Source of the DNA: Thermomicrobiales bacterium
Lineage (GTDB): Bacteria > Chloroflexota > Chloroflexia > Thermomicrobiales > UBA6265
Direction of reading: 5' to 3'
Assembly (NCBI GenBank): GCA_046328335.1
Contig: JAXLWU010000003.1
Span: 130,216-194,215, forward strand
DNA: 64,000 bases
This document shows positions 54,337-62,569 of this stretch, one piece after another. The stretch's first letter is position 1. Each line of letters begins with the position of its first letter. The notes beneath the pieces are model-generated. The model searched no databases. It was not told the DNA's origin and worked only from the letters and a program-made list of their open reading frames with translations. A program made the position numbers and the translations under genes.

Positions 54337-55122
54337 CTAACTGTTGAAATCGACGTTGTTGTTGCCGCCGTCTGATGATGGCGTTGGTACTGGCGTCAGA
54401 TTTGTCGTGCCTGACGTATCGGTACCGGTGCGAATGAGTTTGGCGCCGTCCGGGCCGGAGATGGCCGTGACCCCGTCCGAGCGGGCAAACGCGAAGCCGC
54501 CGCGTCCACTCACCTGCGCGATCACATCCGGATTCGACTGAACGGTCAGGTCGACATTGGACGAATCATCGGGCGACGGGGTTGGGAATGTGACGTTGGG
54601 ATTGGTCGACGGCGGGGAGGACGGCGTCGGGGTCGGCGAGGGGTTGTCATCGGCGCGGCCGCGCTGCGCGAAGTCCGCGTCGCCATCACTGCTGTTATCG
54701 TCGTCGCGGTTATCGTCATCGCTGGTGTCGTTACTGTTACTGGCGGATTGGGAGTGATCCGACTTCCGATCGGACTTGTCACTGTCTCCGGTGTCGCCGC
54801 GGTTCCGGTTCTTCCCTCCGCCGTCGGAACCACTATCCTGGGCCGAATCCTTTTCGGCGCGGCGATCGCGGGACGCGTCGTCCTTGCTGCTCGATTCGCT
54901 ATCGTCGTTCTTGTTGCCGTTGTCTTTGTTGCTCGCGGTGTCGTCGGATTCCGCGTGGTCAAATCGCTGCTTGTTACCCTTGCGCGCCGCTCCAAATCCG
55001 ACAGGAATCAGTGATGTCAACCCGAGGGCCGCGAGGATTCGCGCCGGACGTGTCGTCAGGCCCTGGCGTGCGTCAGCCAGCGACGGAATGTGCACGATTC
55101 GATTCCCTTCCCCACCGATCAC
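54337..55122 (-). CDS. Secreted hypothetical protein with long Asp/Ser/Asn-rich acidic low-complexity region
   Basis: 261 aa. The N-terminal signal-like segment is TTRPARILAALGLTSLIPVGFGAA. The central ~120 aa are D/S/N/K/R low complexity (SDDTASNKDNGNKNDDSESSSKDD...), followed by a Pro/Thr/Ser-rich C-terminus. Confidence 0.5.
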   Translation of the reverse strand: MIGGEGNRIVHIPSLADARQGLTTRPARILAALGLTSLIPVGFGAARKGNKQRFDHAESDDTASNKDNGNKNDDSESSSKDDASRDRRAEKDSAQDSGSDGGGKNRNRGDTGDSDKSDRKSDHSQSASNSNDTSDDDNRDDDNSSDGDADFAQRGRADDNPSPTPTPSSPPSTNPNVTFPTPSPDDSSNVDLTVQSNPDVIAQVSGRGGFAFARSDGVTAISGPDGAKLIRTGTDTSGTTNLTPVPTPSSDGGNNNVDFNS

Positions 55123-55302
55123 CTGGCGACCATTGTCCGCAAGAGTGGCGTCCGGACCAAAAAGGTGATCGGTGCTTCCCTGCGTGCTCGTCAGTCTCCC
55201 TCACCAACGAGCAACGGCGCGCTCGCGTTTCCTGAAAGTCGCAGTATTGACGGCGAGCGCTCTGACGAGTCTAACACGATGACCGGCGCTGCTGGTCTAC
55301 CG

Positions 55303-55324
55303 GATTCGCGTACGTACGCGAATC
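55303..55324. repeat. 22-nt perfect palindrome GATTCGCGTAC/GTACGCGAATC overlapping the LLM gene stop codon
   Basis: The palindrome is read directly from the sequence. It lies between the LLM gene (stop 55323..55325) and the start of the acidic secreted protein gene. Confidence 0.6.
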
Positions 55325-56327
55325 AGTCCAATGCATTCACCGTTAGCATGGGCAGCATCTCGCTTGTCGCCAGGACCATCGATTCTTCGTCGTCCGGATC
55401 GAGTGTCTGGACGACAAAGTATTCGATCCCGACATCGACGTAACGCTGGTAATAGGCGGCGGCCTGCCCTGGCGTTCCCCACACCAGGAACGCGCCCCAG
55501 AATGCGTCGAGTCCATTCGGAAAGTAGCGGGCAACTTTGGCCTGCGCTTCCGCTTCGGTCGGTGCCAGTATCAACCAATGGGTGAAGTGACTGCGGAGGA
55601 TATCGTCGTAGGTTCGTCCCTGTTCGAGGCACTTGTCGGCGAGAACGGCGAGTCGGGACCTTGCCGCTTCGGGATTGTCGACCTGCCCTGCCGGACCCGG
55701 ACCGAAATTGCAGATGTCCGCAAGCCGCGCCACTTGGTCCAAGGTGCGGTCGCCGGCACCGGCAATCACGAGAGGAGGGCCACCGGCCTGGACCGGCGGG
55801 TCGACATTGGCCTCACGCGCTCGGTAGTACCGGCCGTCGAAGGTGAACAGCTCGGGTGCCCAGAGGCCGCGGATGATGGCGATGGCTTCCACGAGTGCTT
55901 TCTGGCGATCGGGTACCGGAGGATACGGAATACCCATGCGATCGAATTCGTTCGTGCCGAGGCCATAGTCCGCGGCGTTCCAGCCGATGCCCAAGCCAAG
56001 AATGGAGCGCCCGTTGCTCACCCGATCGAGATCGGCCTGGAGGCGAGCGGTGAGCAGCGGGGCGCGGTAGGGGACCGCGGCGACCATCTGGCCGAGTCCT
56101 ATGCGCTGTGTGCGCGAGGCGACAAGGGCGAGATGGAGCCAGCAGTCGGGCGCCCAGGCCGGATGATCGCCGAGAAAGAAGGCATCGAACCCATGCCGCT
56201 CAGCCCGCTCACCGGCACGCTGGAGGGCGTCGCCGCGGTCGCCATCACTGTGCGCGGCAACTGCTTGCAGGGCAAGATTGATGCGGCCCTTGCGCGCGGC
56301 GACCCAGGGATGACGTGCTCTGTCCAT
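55323..56327 (-). CDS. LLM-class flavin/F420-dependent oxidoreductase
   Basis: ATG at 56327 directly after GGAGGGAGGG. GFDAFFLGDHP..ILGLGIGW.. are luciferase-like motifs. 334 aa. Confidence 0.8.
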   Translation of the reverse strand: MDRARHPWVAARKGRINLALQAVAAHSDGDRGDALQRAGERAERHGFDAFFLGDHPAWAPDCWLHLALVASRTQRIGLGQMVAAVPYRAPLLTARLQADLDRVSNGRSILGLGIGWNAADYGLGTNEFDRMGIPYPPVPDRQKALVEAIAIIRGLWAPELFTFDGRYYRAREANVDPPVQAGGPPLVIAGAGDRTLDQVARLADICNFGPGPAGQVDNPEAARSRLAVLADKCLEQGRTYDDILRSHFTHWLILAPTEAEAQAKVARYFPNGLDAFWGAFLVWGTPGQAAAYYQRYVDVGIEYFVVQTLDPDDEESMVLATSEMLPMLTVNALD

Positions 56328-56570
56328 TACCCTCCCTCCAACAGCGCGCGTCGGTGTTGTGACATCTTCAGCTGGCGGGCTTGCACGGTCAAGCAACCTT
56401 GGCTCATGGTGAACCGGAGTCGATTGCTTGCTTGATGTGGTCCTGAACGCTCCCTATGGCTCGTGGCGGCTGGACTGCTCACCTGATGCAACCAGGATCG
56501 GCCCGGATCTTCAATGCTGACGAATGCATCCGAACCAGAATTGCTGACAGGAAGGGAGTAAAGGAAAACC

Positions 56571-57224
56571 ATGACTCTGGAGGCGGCAGATCGAAAATCG
56601 CTTTCGCGCGAGCAACCGGTCAAGTCCTCGCGCTGGCCACGCACCGAACGGCGCCAGGCGCGGATCGCGGCGGTCCTCGCGAGGCGACAACCCGACCTCA
56701 CCGTGGTGCTGGAGAATGTCCACGATCCGCACAACGTCAGCGCGATCCTGCGAAGTTGCGATGCGGTCGGCGTGCTGCGCGTCCATGTGATCTACACCGT
56801 GGAAGAGGCGCCGGAGTCCGCGTTCGCCCGCCAGACATCCGCGAGCGCCGCGAAATGGGTCGAGGTCGAGCGGCACGATTCCGTGGAGACCTGTTTCGAC
56901 GCACTGCGCGCGAATGGCTTGACGATCCTGGCGACGGCCCTCGGAGAGGTGGCTCAGCCGTTGTTCGATGTCGATCTACGACGCCCGGTGGCCCTGGTCT
57001 TTGGCAATGAGATGCGGGGCGTTTCTGCCGAGGTCCTGGCACACTGCGATGGTCTGCTCGAGATTCCGATGGCGGGGATGGTGCAGAGCCTGAATGTTTC
57101 AGTGGCGGCCGCCGTTTGTTTGTACGAGGCATTCCGGCAGCGTTCTGCCGCGGGAGCCTACGATTCGCCGCGGCTCAGCAGCGATCAACGGCAGGCGCTG
57201 CAGGAGGACTGGTTGCTGCGCTAG
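56571..57224 (+). CDS. trmH: SpoU/TrmH-family RNA 2'-O-methyltransferase
   Basis: LTVVLENVHDPHNVSAILRSCDAVG, LVFGNEMRGVS, and IPMAGMVQSLNVSVAAAVCLYE are the three SPOUT motifs. Confidence 0.85.
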   Translation: MTLEAADRKSLSREQPVKSSRWPRTERRQARIAAVLARRQPDLTVVLENVHDPHNVSAILRSCDAVGVLRVHVIYTVEEAPESAFARQTSASAAKWVEVERHDSVETCFDALRANGLTILATALGEVAQPLFDVDLRRPVALVFGNEMRGVSAEVLAHCDGLLEIPMAGMVQSLNVSVAAAVCLYEAFRQRSAAGAYDSPRLSSDQRQALQEDWLLR

Positions 57225-57242
57225 GGATGCAACAGATCGCGC

Positions 57243-57698
57243 TCACTCGTCCTTGAGGTCGAAGCGAACTTCGACCTCGTGCAGAATCGTTACGGAAACG
57301 ACCGTGGCGATCGTCGCCACCGCGCCAAGAACGAAGAAGCCCGCGCCAATGAGAAGACCGATTGCCGCGGCTACCCAGATGCCGGCCGCGGTGGTGAGAT
57401 TCTTGACCGATTTGCCCTGGGTGAGAATCAGGCCACCGGCGATGAAACCGATGCCCTGGACCACGGTAGAGGCGATGCGCGTCGGATCGGAGACGTGTCC
57501 GCTGGCCATCACCTGGCCGCTGACCAGAATCGAAAGGATCATGAAGAGCGCCGCGCCTTCGACCACCAGCATGTAGGTGCGAATGCCGGCCGGTTTGTTG
57601 GCGCGACGCCGCTCGAAACCGAGCACGATGCCTGCCACCATGGCCAGGGCCAGGCGCTGAATCGATTCGATATCCGATGGGATCTCCACGTCAGGCAC
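57243..57698 (-). CDS. MgtC/SapB family membrane protein
   Basis: 151 aa. RLALAMVAGIVLGFERRRANKPAGIRTYMLV is the MgtC N-terminal signature. Confidence 0.8.
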   Translation of the reverse strand: MPDVEIPSDIESIQRLALAMVAGIVLGFERRRANKPAGIRTYMLVVEGAALFMILSILVSGQVMASGHVSDPTRIASTVVQGIGFIAGGLILTQGKSVKNLTTAAGIWVAAAIGLLIGAGFFVLGAVATIATVVSVTILHEVEVRFDLKDE

Positions 57699-57776
57699 CC
57701 GGCCCGGCGCGTTGTCTGAGCATCGCGGCTAAGGACCAGCTCATCTCCGTGCCCCGATCCGCGCTGGCCCTTTGCC

Positions 57777-58331
57777 TTAGAACTGCAGGATGACCGAGTG
57801 TTCCTCGCCGTCCCGCAGGAACCGTGCCGTGGCCTTGTCGCCCGCTTTGAGCGTCTCGACCATCTGATCCAGCGCCGCCATATTGCGAACGCGCTTGCCG
57901 GCGAAGGTGGTAATGATGTCCCCTGGTCGAATTCCCGCTCGCTCCGAGACCGTATCAGGCCGGATCTTGCCGATGTAAATCCCCTTGGTCCCGGCAGGAA
58001 CGTTCTCCGCCTTTTCCGGGTGCTTTGTCAGGTATTCCTCCGCATCGGCGGCGAGAATGCCGAGTGGCGGCCGCTTCGGTCCGGCGAACTTCTCCGCCAG
58101 TTTGGAGAATTTGCGCTGGTCGAACCCGAGGATGACCTCGCCATCAGCGACCGTCACGGGAACGCCCTGCTGTCCGCTGAGCCGAATCATTTCCAACGCG
58201 GCGTTGTAATCGCGAGCGACATCTTTCTCGACGAAGGGAACCTTGCTGCGGCTAAGGAACTCCTTAGCTCTGTCGCACCACGGTCAGGTGTCCGTGGTGT
58301 AAATCGTTACCTGGGGGAGCGCCTCTGCCAT
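57777..58331 (-). CDS. Candidate selenoprotein: glutaredoxin-like (YruB/NrdH-type, U-P-W-C) domain fused to a PDZ domain; in-frame TGA at 58286..58284
   Basis: The same frame as track ORF 57777..58196 extends upstream to ATG 58331: MAEALPQVTIYTTDT[TGA]PWCDRAKEFLSRSKVPFVEKDVARDYNAALEMIRLSGQQGVPVTVADGEVILGFD, then the PDZ domain (GIYIGKIRPDTVSERAGIRPGDIITTFAGKRV). A GAGG RBS lies 6 nt before the ATG, and a hairpin follows 15 nt after the TGA. Confidence 0.6.
58244..58277 (-). promoter_or_regulatory. SECIS-like hairpin downstream of the in-frame UGA
   Basis: Minus-strand RNA: UGCG-ACAGA-GCUAAGG-AGUU-CCUUAGC-CGCA. This is a 7-bp upper stem, a GU-containing tetraloop, a 5-nt bulge and a 4-bp lower stem. 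The lower stem begins 6 nt and the upper stem 15 nt after the UGA. Confidence 0.45.
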
Positions 58332-58442
58332 CTGGTGCCTCGTCTCGAGCAATCTGTAAACCGGGTGGCTGATTCACCACCTGGAGACCCAATGCCGTTA
58401 TGGTACCAGCACCGCGTCTCATGACATGAATGCGTTCATGCC

Positions 58443-60035
58443 TTATTCCCACTCGATGGTGGCGGGCGGTTTGGAGGAGATGTCGTACACGACGCGGGTG
58501 ATGCCATGAACTTCGTTGACGATGCGATTACTGATGCGCGCCAGTGTCTCATGTGGGAGGCGGGCCCAATCCGCGGTCATCGCATCCTCAGAGGTCACAG
58601 CGCGGACGGCGCAGACCCGGCCATAGGTCCGGTCGTCACCCATGACCCCGACGGAGCGCACCGGCAGGAGGACCGCGAAGTACTGCCACACCGGTTCTTC
58701 GGCAATGGTGGCATCGATTTCTTCGCGCACGATCGCGTCCGCGCCACGGAGCAGGTCCAGGTCTTCGCGCGTGACCGGACCAAGGATCCGCACCGACAGC
58801 CCTGGTCCGGGAAACGGCTGCCGGTCGACGATCGCGGCGGGAAGACCGAGAGCGCGCCCGACGTGGCGGACTTCGTCTTTGAAGAGAAATCGCAGCGGTT
58901 CGAGCAGCGGAAAGCGGAGATCCTCCGGGAGACCGCCGACGTTGTGGTGCGTTTTGATCTTGGCCGCGGCTTTGGTGTCCGCGGTCGTGCTTTCGATTAC
59001 GTCGGGATAGAGCGTGCCCTGGGCGAGGAAATCGAATGGACCGAGCCGGTCCGCCTCGGCCTCGAACACCCGGATGAACTCCTCGCCGACGATCTTGCGC
59101 TTGGCCTCGGGATCGTCAACGCCGTGCAAACGCGTCAGAAAGCGCTCAGACGCGTCGACGAAGACCAACGGCATGCCGAACGCTTCGCCGAAGACCTGGC
59201 GCACTAATTTTGCTTCACCGAGACGGAGGAGACCGTTGTCGACAAAGACCGGCGTGAGGCGGTCGCCGATGGCGCGGTGAATCAGCGCGGCCGCGACCGA
59301 TGAATCGACGCCACCGCTGAGACCGAGGAGGACCTGGCCGTCTCCAACGGTCGCCCTGATCTGATCGACCGCGGCGTCGATGAAATGTTCCGGCGTCCAA
59401 TCGGCACGGCAACCGCAGACATCGACCAGGAAGTTGCGGATGACTTCCCGGCCCAGGGGCGTATGGACGACCTCGGGGTGGAACTGAATGCCAAATCGCG
59501 TGCCGTCGCTCATTCCCGCCAGGGGAGCATTCGGCGAACGGGCGATGGCGGCAAAACCCCGCGGCAGACGAGCGACGTGGTCTCCGTGGCTCATCCAGAC
59601 TTGCATGGTCGGCGGCAGATCCGTGAACAGCGGCGATGTTGCGTCAACCGCGACGACCGCGGGCCCATATTCACGGCGTGACGCGGGTTCGACCTGGCCG
59701 CCCGCGGCCAACGCGAGGAGTTGCATGCCGTAGCAAATGCCGAGTACTGGCTTGTCGTAATCACGCATCCATGTCGGCAGACTCGGCGCACCCGGCGCAT
59801 AGACACTGGCTGGACCACCGGAGAGGATGATTCCCCGCGGCTCGAGCGCCATGATGTCCGGCAACGGGGTATCCCAGGGGAGCAGCACGCTGTAGACGCC
59901 CGCTTCACGCACCCGGCGCGCGATGAGTTGGCTGTACTGGCTGCCGAAATCGAGAACGATGACGGTGTCGAACGATGTTTTCGCGCTCTGCTCGCGCGAA
60001 GTGGCCGTGGCTTCAGGGGGGGTCGTCGCGGTCAT
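58443..60035 (-). CDS. guaA: GMP synthase (glutamine-hydrolysing)
   Basis: [25 protein letters not shown] (GATase), ICYGMQL, and SGGVDSSV (ATP-PPase P-loop), ending in IEWE. The start is at ATG 60035; GTG at 60041 is an alternative. The upstream part of the track ORF overlaps rusA and is rejected. Confidence 0.9.
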   Translation of the reverse strand: MTATTPPEATATSREQSAKTSFDTVIVLDFGSQYSQLIARRVREAGVYSVLLPWDTPLPDIMALEPRGIILSGGPASVYAPGAPSLPTWMRDYDKPVLGICYGMQLLALAAGGQVEPASRREYGPAVVAVDATSPLFTDLPPTMQVWMSHGDHVARLPRGFAAIARSPNAPLAGMSDGTRFGIQFHPEVVHTPLGREVIRNFLVDVCGCRADWTPEHFIDAAVDQIRATVGDGQVLLGLSGGVDSSVAAALIHRAIGDRLTPVFVDNGLLRLGEAKLVRQVFGEAFGMPLVFVDASERFLTRLHGVDDPEAKRKIVGEEFIRVFEAEADRLGPFDFLAQGTLYPDVIESTTADTKAAAKIKTHHNVGGLPEDLRFPLLEPLRFLFKDEVRHVGRALGLPAAIVDRQPFPGPGLSVRILGPVTREDLDLLRGADAIVREEIDATIAEEPVWQYFAVLLPVRSVGVMGDDRTYGRVCAVRAVTSEDAMTADWARLPHETLARISNRIVNEVHGITRVVYDISSKPPATIEWE

Positions 60036-60510
60036 CGTCACCTGTCTTTTCGTCTCCTTCACCGTCGGATGCACCAAGGTAATAGTATGTGCGATCGAAT
60101 TCCCACTCGGTGATTGTCTCGATTTCCACCTCGACTCGCGGCCGCAGCGGGTCGATCCGCTTCGACAGGTGGACGTCAACGATGGCCCGGTCGTCGAAAC
60201 CGAGGGCCCGTCCCAGCGCATCGAGCGTGATCTTCAGCCCGCCGTCCAGGTCCCGGCGGTGTGGCGTCGCGAAAAAGTAGTCGAGATAGACGCCAAGCAG
60301 CGATTGACCGAAGGAGCGTTCGATTGACGGCAGCAGGAGGCCCTTGCCGCGAAGTTGGGCGATCGTCTTGTCGACATCGCGATTGAACGACCGGGCCTCG
60401 GCACTGAGCACGCGGCGACGTCCGACCGTGGCGTACTGGCTGTTGACGCTGGGCGGTAGAGGAAGGGCCAGACGAAGAGATGCCGGCGCAGCCGGCGTTT
60501 TCTCGGGCAT
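60013..60510 (-). CDS. rusA: RusA-family Holliday junction resolvase with acidic C-terminal tail
   Basis: [53 protein letters not shown] aligns with E. coli RusA blocks (LPWPPSNNRYY, RRRDLDNLQKAAFDAL, DDAQVVD). Its 3' end overlaps the guaA start by ~23 nt. Confidence 0.75.
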   Translation of the reverse strand: MPEKTPAAPASLRLALPLPPSVNSQYATVGRRRVLSAEARSFNRDVDKTIAQLRGKGLLLPSIERSFGQSLLGVYLDYFFATPHRRDLDGGLKITLDALGRALGFDDRAIVDVHLSKRIDPLRPRVEVEIETITEWEFDRTYYYLGASDGEGDEKTGDDDRDDPP

Positions 60511-60674
60511 TGGTTCCGATCCAGACGCGGGGACACAGGCAGTTTAGTTTTCCCTTTTGCCGCGCGGCAACGGCTATAGACGCGAGCGCGGGTTGGGCAT
60601 AACCGACGGAGAGCGAAAACTTCGAGGGACTACACTCAAAGTGATATGCACACCTTCGCCGACACAATTCAGTC

Positions 60675-61616
60675 ATGATCGACATCATGCTCCTCGGGAC
60701 GGGAGCGATGCTCCCATTACCTGGACGCTGGCTTTCCAGCGTGATCGCGCGCTGCGACGGCGCCACCATCCTCGTCGACTGTGGCGAAGGAACGCAGATC
60801 GCGTGGAAGGCGCAGGGTTGGGGTTTCCGACGGCTCTCTGCCATCTGCATCAGCCACACGCATGCCGATCACATAGCCGGTCTGCCTGGCCTGTTGCACA
60901 CCGTGGCGAACTCCGGGCGAATCGAGCCGATCGATCTCTTCGGACCCCCGGGCATCGTGGATGTCGTGTGGGGACTGCGCTCGATCGCCCCGGATTTGCC
61001 GTATGACCTACGCGTGAAGGAATTGGTCTCCGGTGAACAATTCGAACTGCCCGGTGGTCTGCGGGGCGGCTGTGTCGCTGGAGAACACCAGTTGCCGGTG
61101 CTGGCATACCGCTTCGACCTGCCGCGGACGAGAGCCTTTCTCCCGGATCGAGCGCGCGAGCTGCAGGTCCCGATTCGCTACTGGGGACGTCTTCAGCGCG
61201 GCGAACGGGTCGAATGGGACGGGCGGACCATTGATCCGGCCGCCGTCCTCGGTCCGCCCCGGCGCGGGCTGGCGTTTGCCGTCATCACCGACACGCGACC
61301 GACTGGCGACTTCGTCAACCTGGCCAGAGGAGTCGATTTGCTCGTCTGTGAGGGTACTTACGGCAGCGACGACGATCGGCCGAAAGCGGTTCGCAACCAG
61401 CACATGACCTTTCGTGAGGCGGCCACGATCGCGCGCGAGGCCGGCGCGAGGGAACTCTGGTTGACCCACTTCAGCCCGGCGCTGACCGCACCGGAGTCGT
61501 TCGCCGGGAACGCGACCGAGGTCTTCCCGGCAACCACGATCGGCCGGGCAGGACTTGCCATCTCACTCGAATTCGACGACGAAGCGACCGCGTCAGCGAT
61601 CCTTCCCGGCGAGTGA
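60675..61616 (+). CDS. rnz: Ribonuclease Z (MBL fold)
   Basis: MIDIMLLGTGAMLP..ILVDCGEGTQ..ICISHTHADHIAGLPGLL (HxHxDH), with C-terminal THFS. Confidence 0.85.
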   Translation: MIDIMLLGTGAMLPLPGRWLSSVIARCDGATILVDCGEGTQIAWKAQGWGFRRLSAICISHTHADHIAGLPGLLHTVANSGRIEPIDLFGPPGIVDVVWGLRSIAPDLPYDLRVKELVSGEQFELPGGLRGGCVAGEHQLPVLAYRFDLPRTRAFLPDRARELQVPIRYWGRLQRGERVEWDGRTIDPAAVLGPPRRGLAFAVITDTRPTGDFVNLARGVDLLVCEGTYGSDDDRPKAVRNQHMTFREAATIAREAGARELWLTHFSPALTAPESFAGNATEVFPATTIGRAGLAISLEFDDEATASAILPGE

Positions 61617-62462
61617 CTGGGTTCGCTGATAGGCGGCAAAGACGGCGCGGGAGAGGACGGTCCGTAGCCCACCTTTCTCCATTTGGTAGATCGCCTCGGC
61701 CGACGTTCCCCCCGGCGACGTCACCATGTTTCGCAGCTCGGCCATATGCTTGCCGGAGTCACGGGCGAATGCCACCGAGCCGGAGACGGTCTGCAACACG
61801 ATCTGCTCGGCAATGCGCCGCGGGAAGCCCATATGCACACCAGCATCGATCAGCGCTTCCATCATCAGGAAGACATAGGTAGGGCCGGTCCCGGAGAGCG
61901 CGGTGGCCATATCGACGTACTTTTCCTCATCGACCCAGAGTTCTTGACCGAGCGCCGCCAGCGCCGCCCGGACGCGGCGCCGTTGAGGCTCGCTCACCGA
62001 GGGGGTCGCATGCCAGACGCTCATCCCTTCGCCGATCTGGGCCGGGGTGTTCGGCATGACGCGGACGATCTGTTCGTGGCCTAGCCCGTGGATCAGCGTC
62101 TCGATCGGCGCTCCGGCGATCACCGAAACGACAACCTGATCCTGTTCCAGGCTGCCGAACAACTGACGCATCACGGTCTGCAGCACCTGGGGTTTGATCG
62201 TCAAGAGGACCAGATCGGCGCCACGCGCGGCATCTCGGTTGCTTTCGACGACCTCGATCCCGAAGCGTGAGGTGAGACGCTGGCGGCGATCGTCGCGGGG
62301 GTGGCTGGCGACGATGCTTGTGGGAGGCAGCAAGGACTTCTTGAGGATGCCGGCGATCATCGATTCCGCCATGACGCCCGCCCCGACGAACGCCAAGCGG
62401 GAGCCGGCCAGCGGGTTGTCCTGATCGTCTGCCGCGTTGACTACAGTTGCCGGTGAATCCAT
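61593..62462 (-). CDS. proC: Pyrroline-5-carboxylate reductase
   Basis: ATG at 62462 gives MDSPATV..LAFVGAGVMAESMIAG (NADP fold), LLTIKPQ, and SPGGTSAEAI. 289 aa. Its 3' end overlaps the convergent rnz by 24 nt. Confidence 0.85.
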   Translation of the reverse strand: MDSPATVVNAADDQDNPLAGSRLAFVGAGVMAESMIAGILKKSLLPPTSIVASHPRDDRRQRLTSRFGIEVVESNRDAARGADLVLLTIKPQVLQTVMRQLFGSLEQDQVVVSVIAGAPIETLIHGLGHEQIVRVMPNTPAQIGEGMSVWHATPSVSEPQRRRVRAALAALGQELWVDEEKYVDMATALSGTGPTYVFLMMEALIDAGVHMGFPRRIAEQIVLQTVSGSVAFARDSGKHMAELRNMVTSPGGTSAEAIYQMEKGGLRTVLSRAVFAAYQRTQSLAGKDR

Positions 62463-62569
62463 CTCAAATGTACCCCTTCGCACCATCTGTGCGACCATTG
62501 TAGAGGGACGCGCCAGAGCAATTGTGGCCCCGCGCGCCGCCCGATCAGCCAGCCAGAAAGCGAGCAGTA

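Noticed and set aside
57777-58196. Stand-alone 139-aa ORF starting at the internal Met, as given in the track.
   Set aside because: That start lies in the middle of a glutaredoxin fold (the preceding in-frame codons encode ..VPFVEKDVARDYNAALE) and has no RBS. The extended model with TGA read as Sec, or failing that a pseudogene, explains the sequence better.
60013-61616. Prophage or mobile element around rusA.
   Set aside because: There is no integrase, terminase, capsid or repressor gene, and no flanking direct repeats. The neighbours are guaA, rnz and proC. I kept only the observation that RusA is an orphan.
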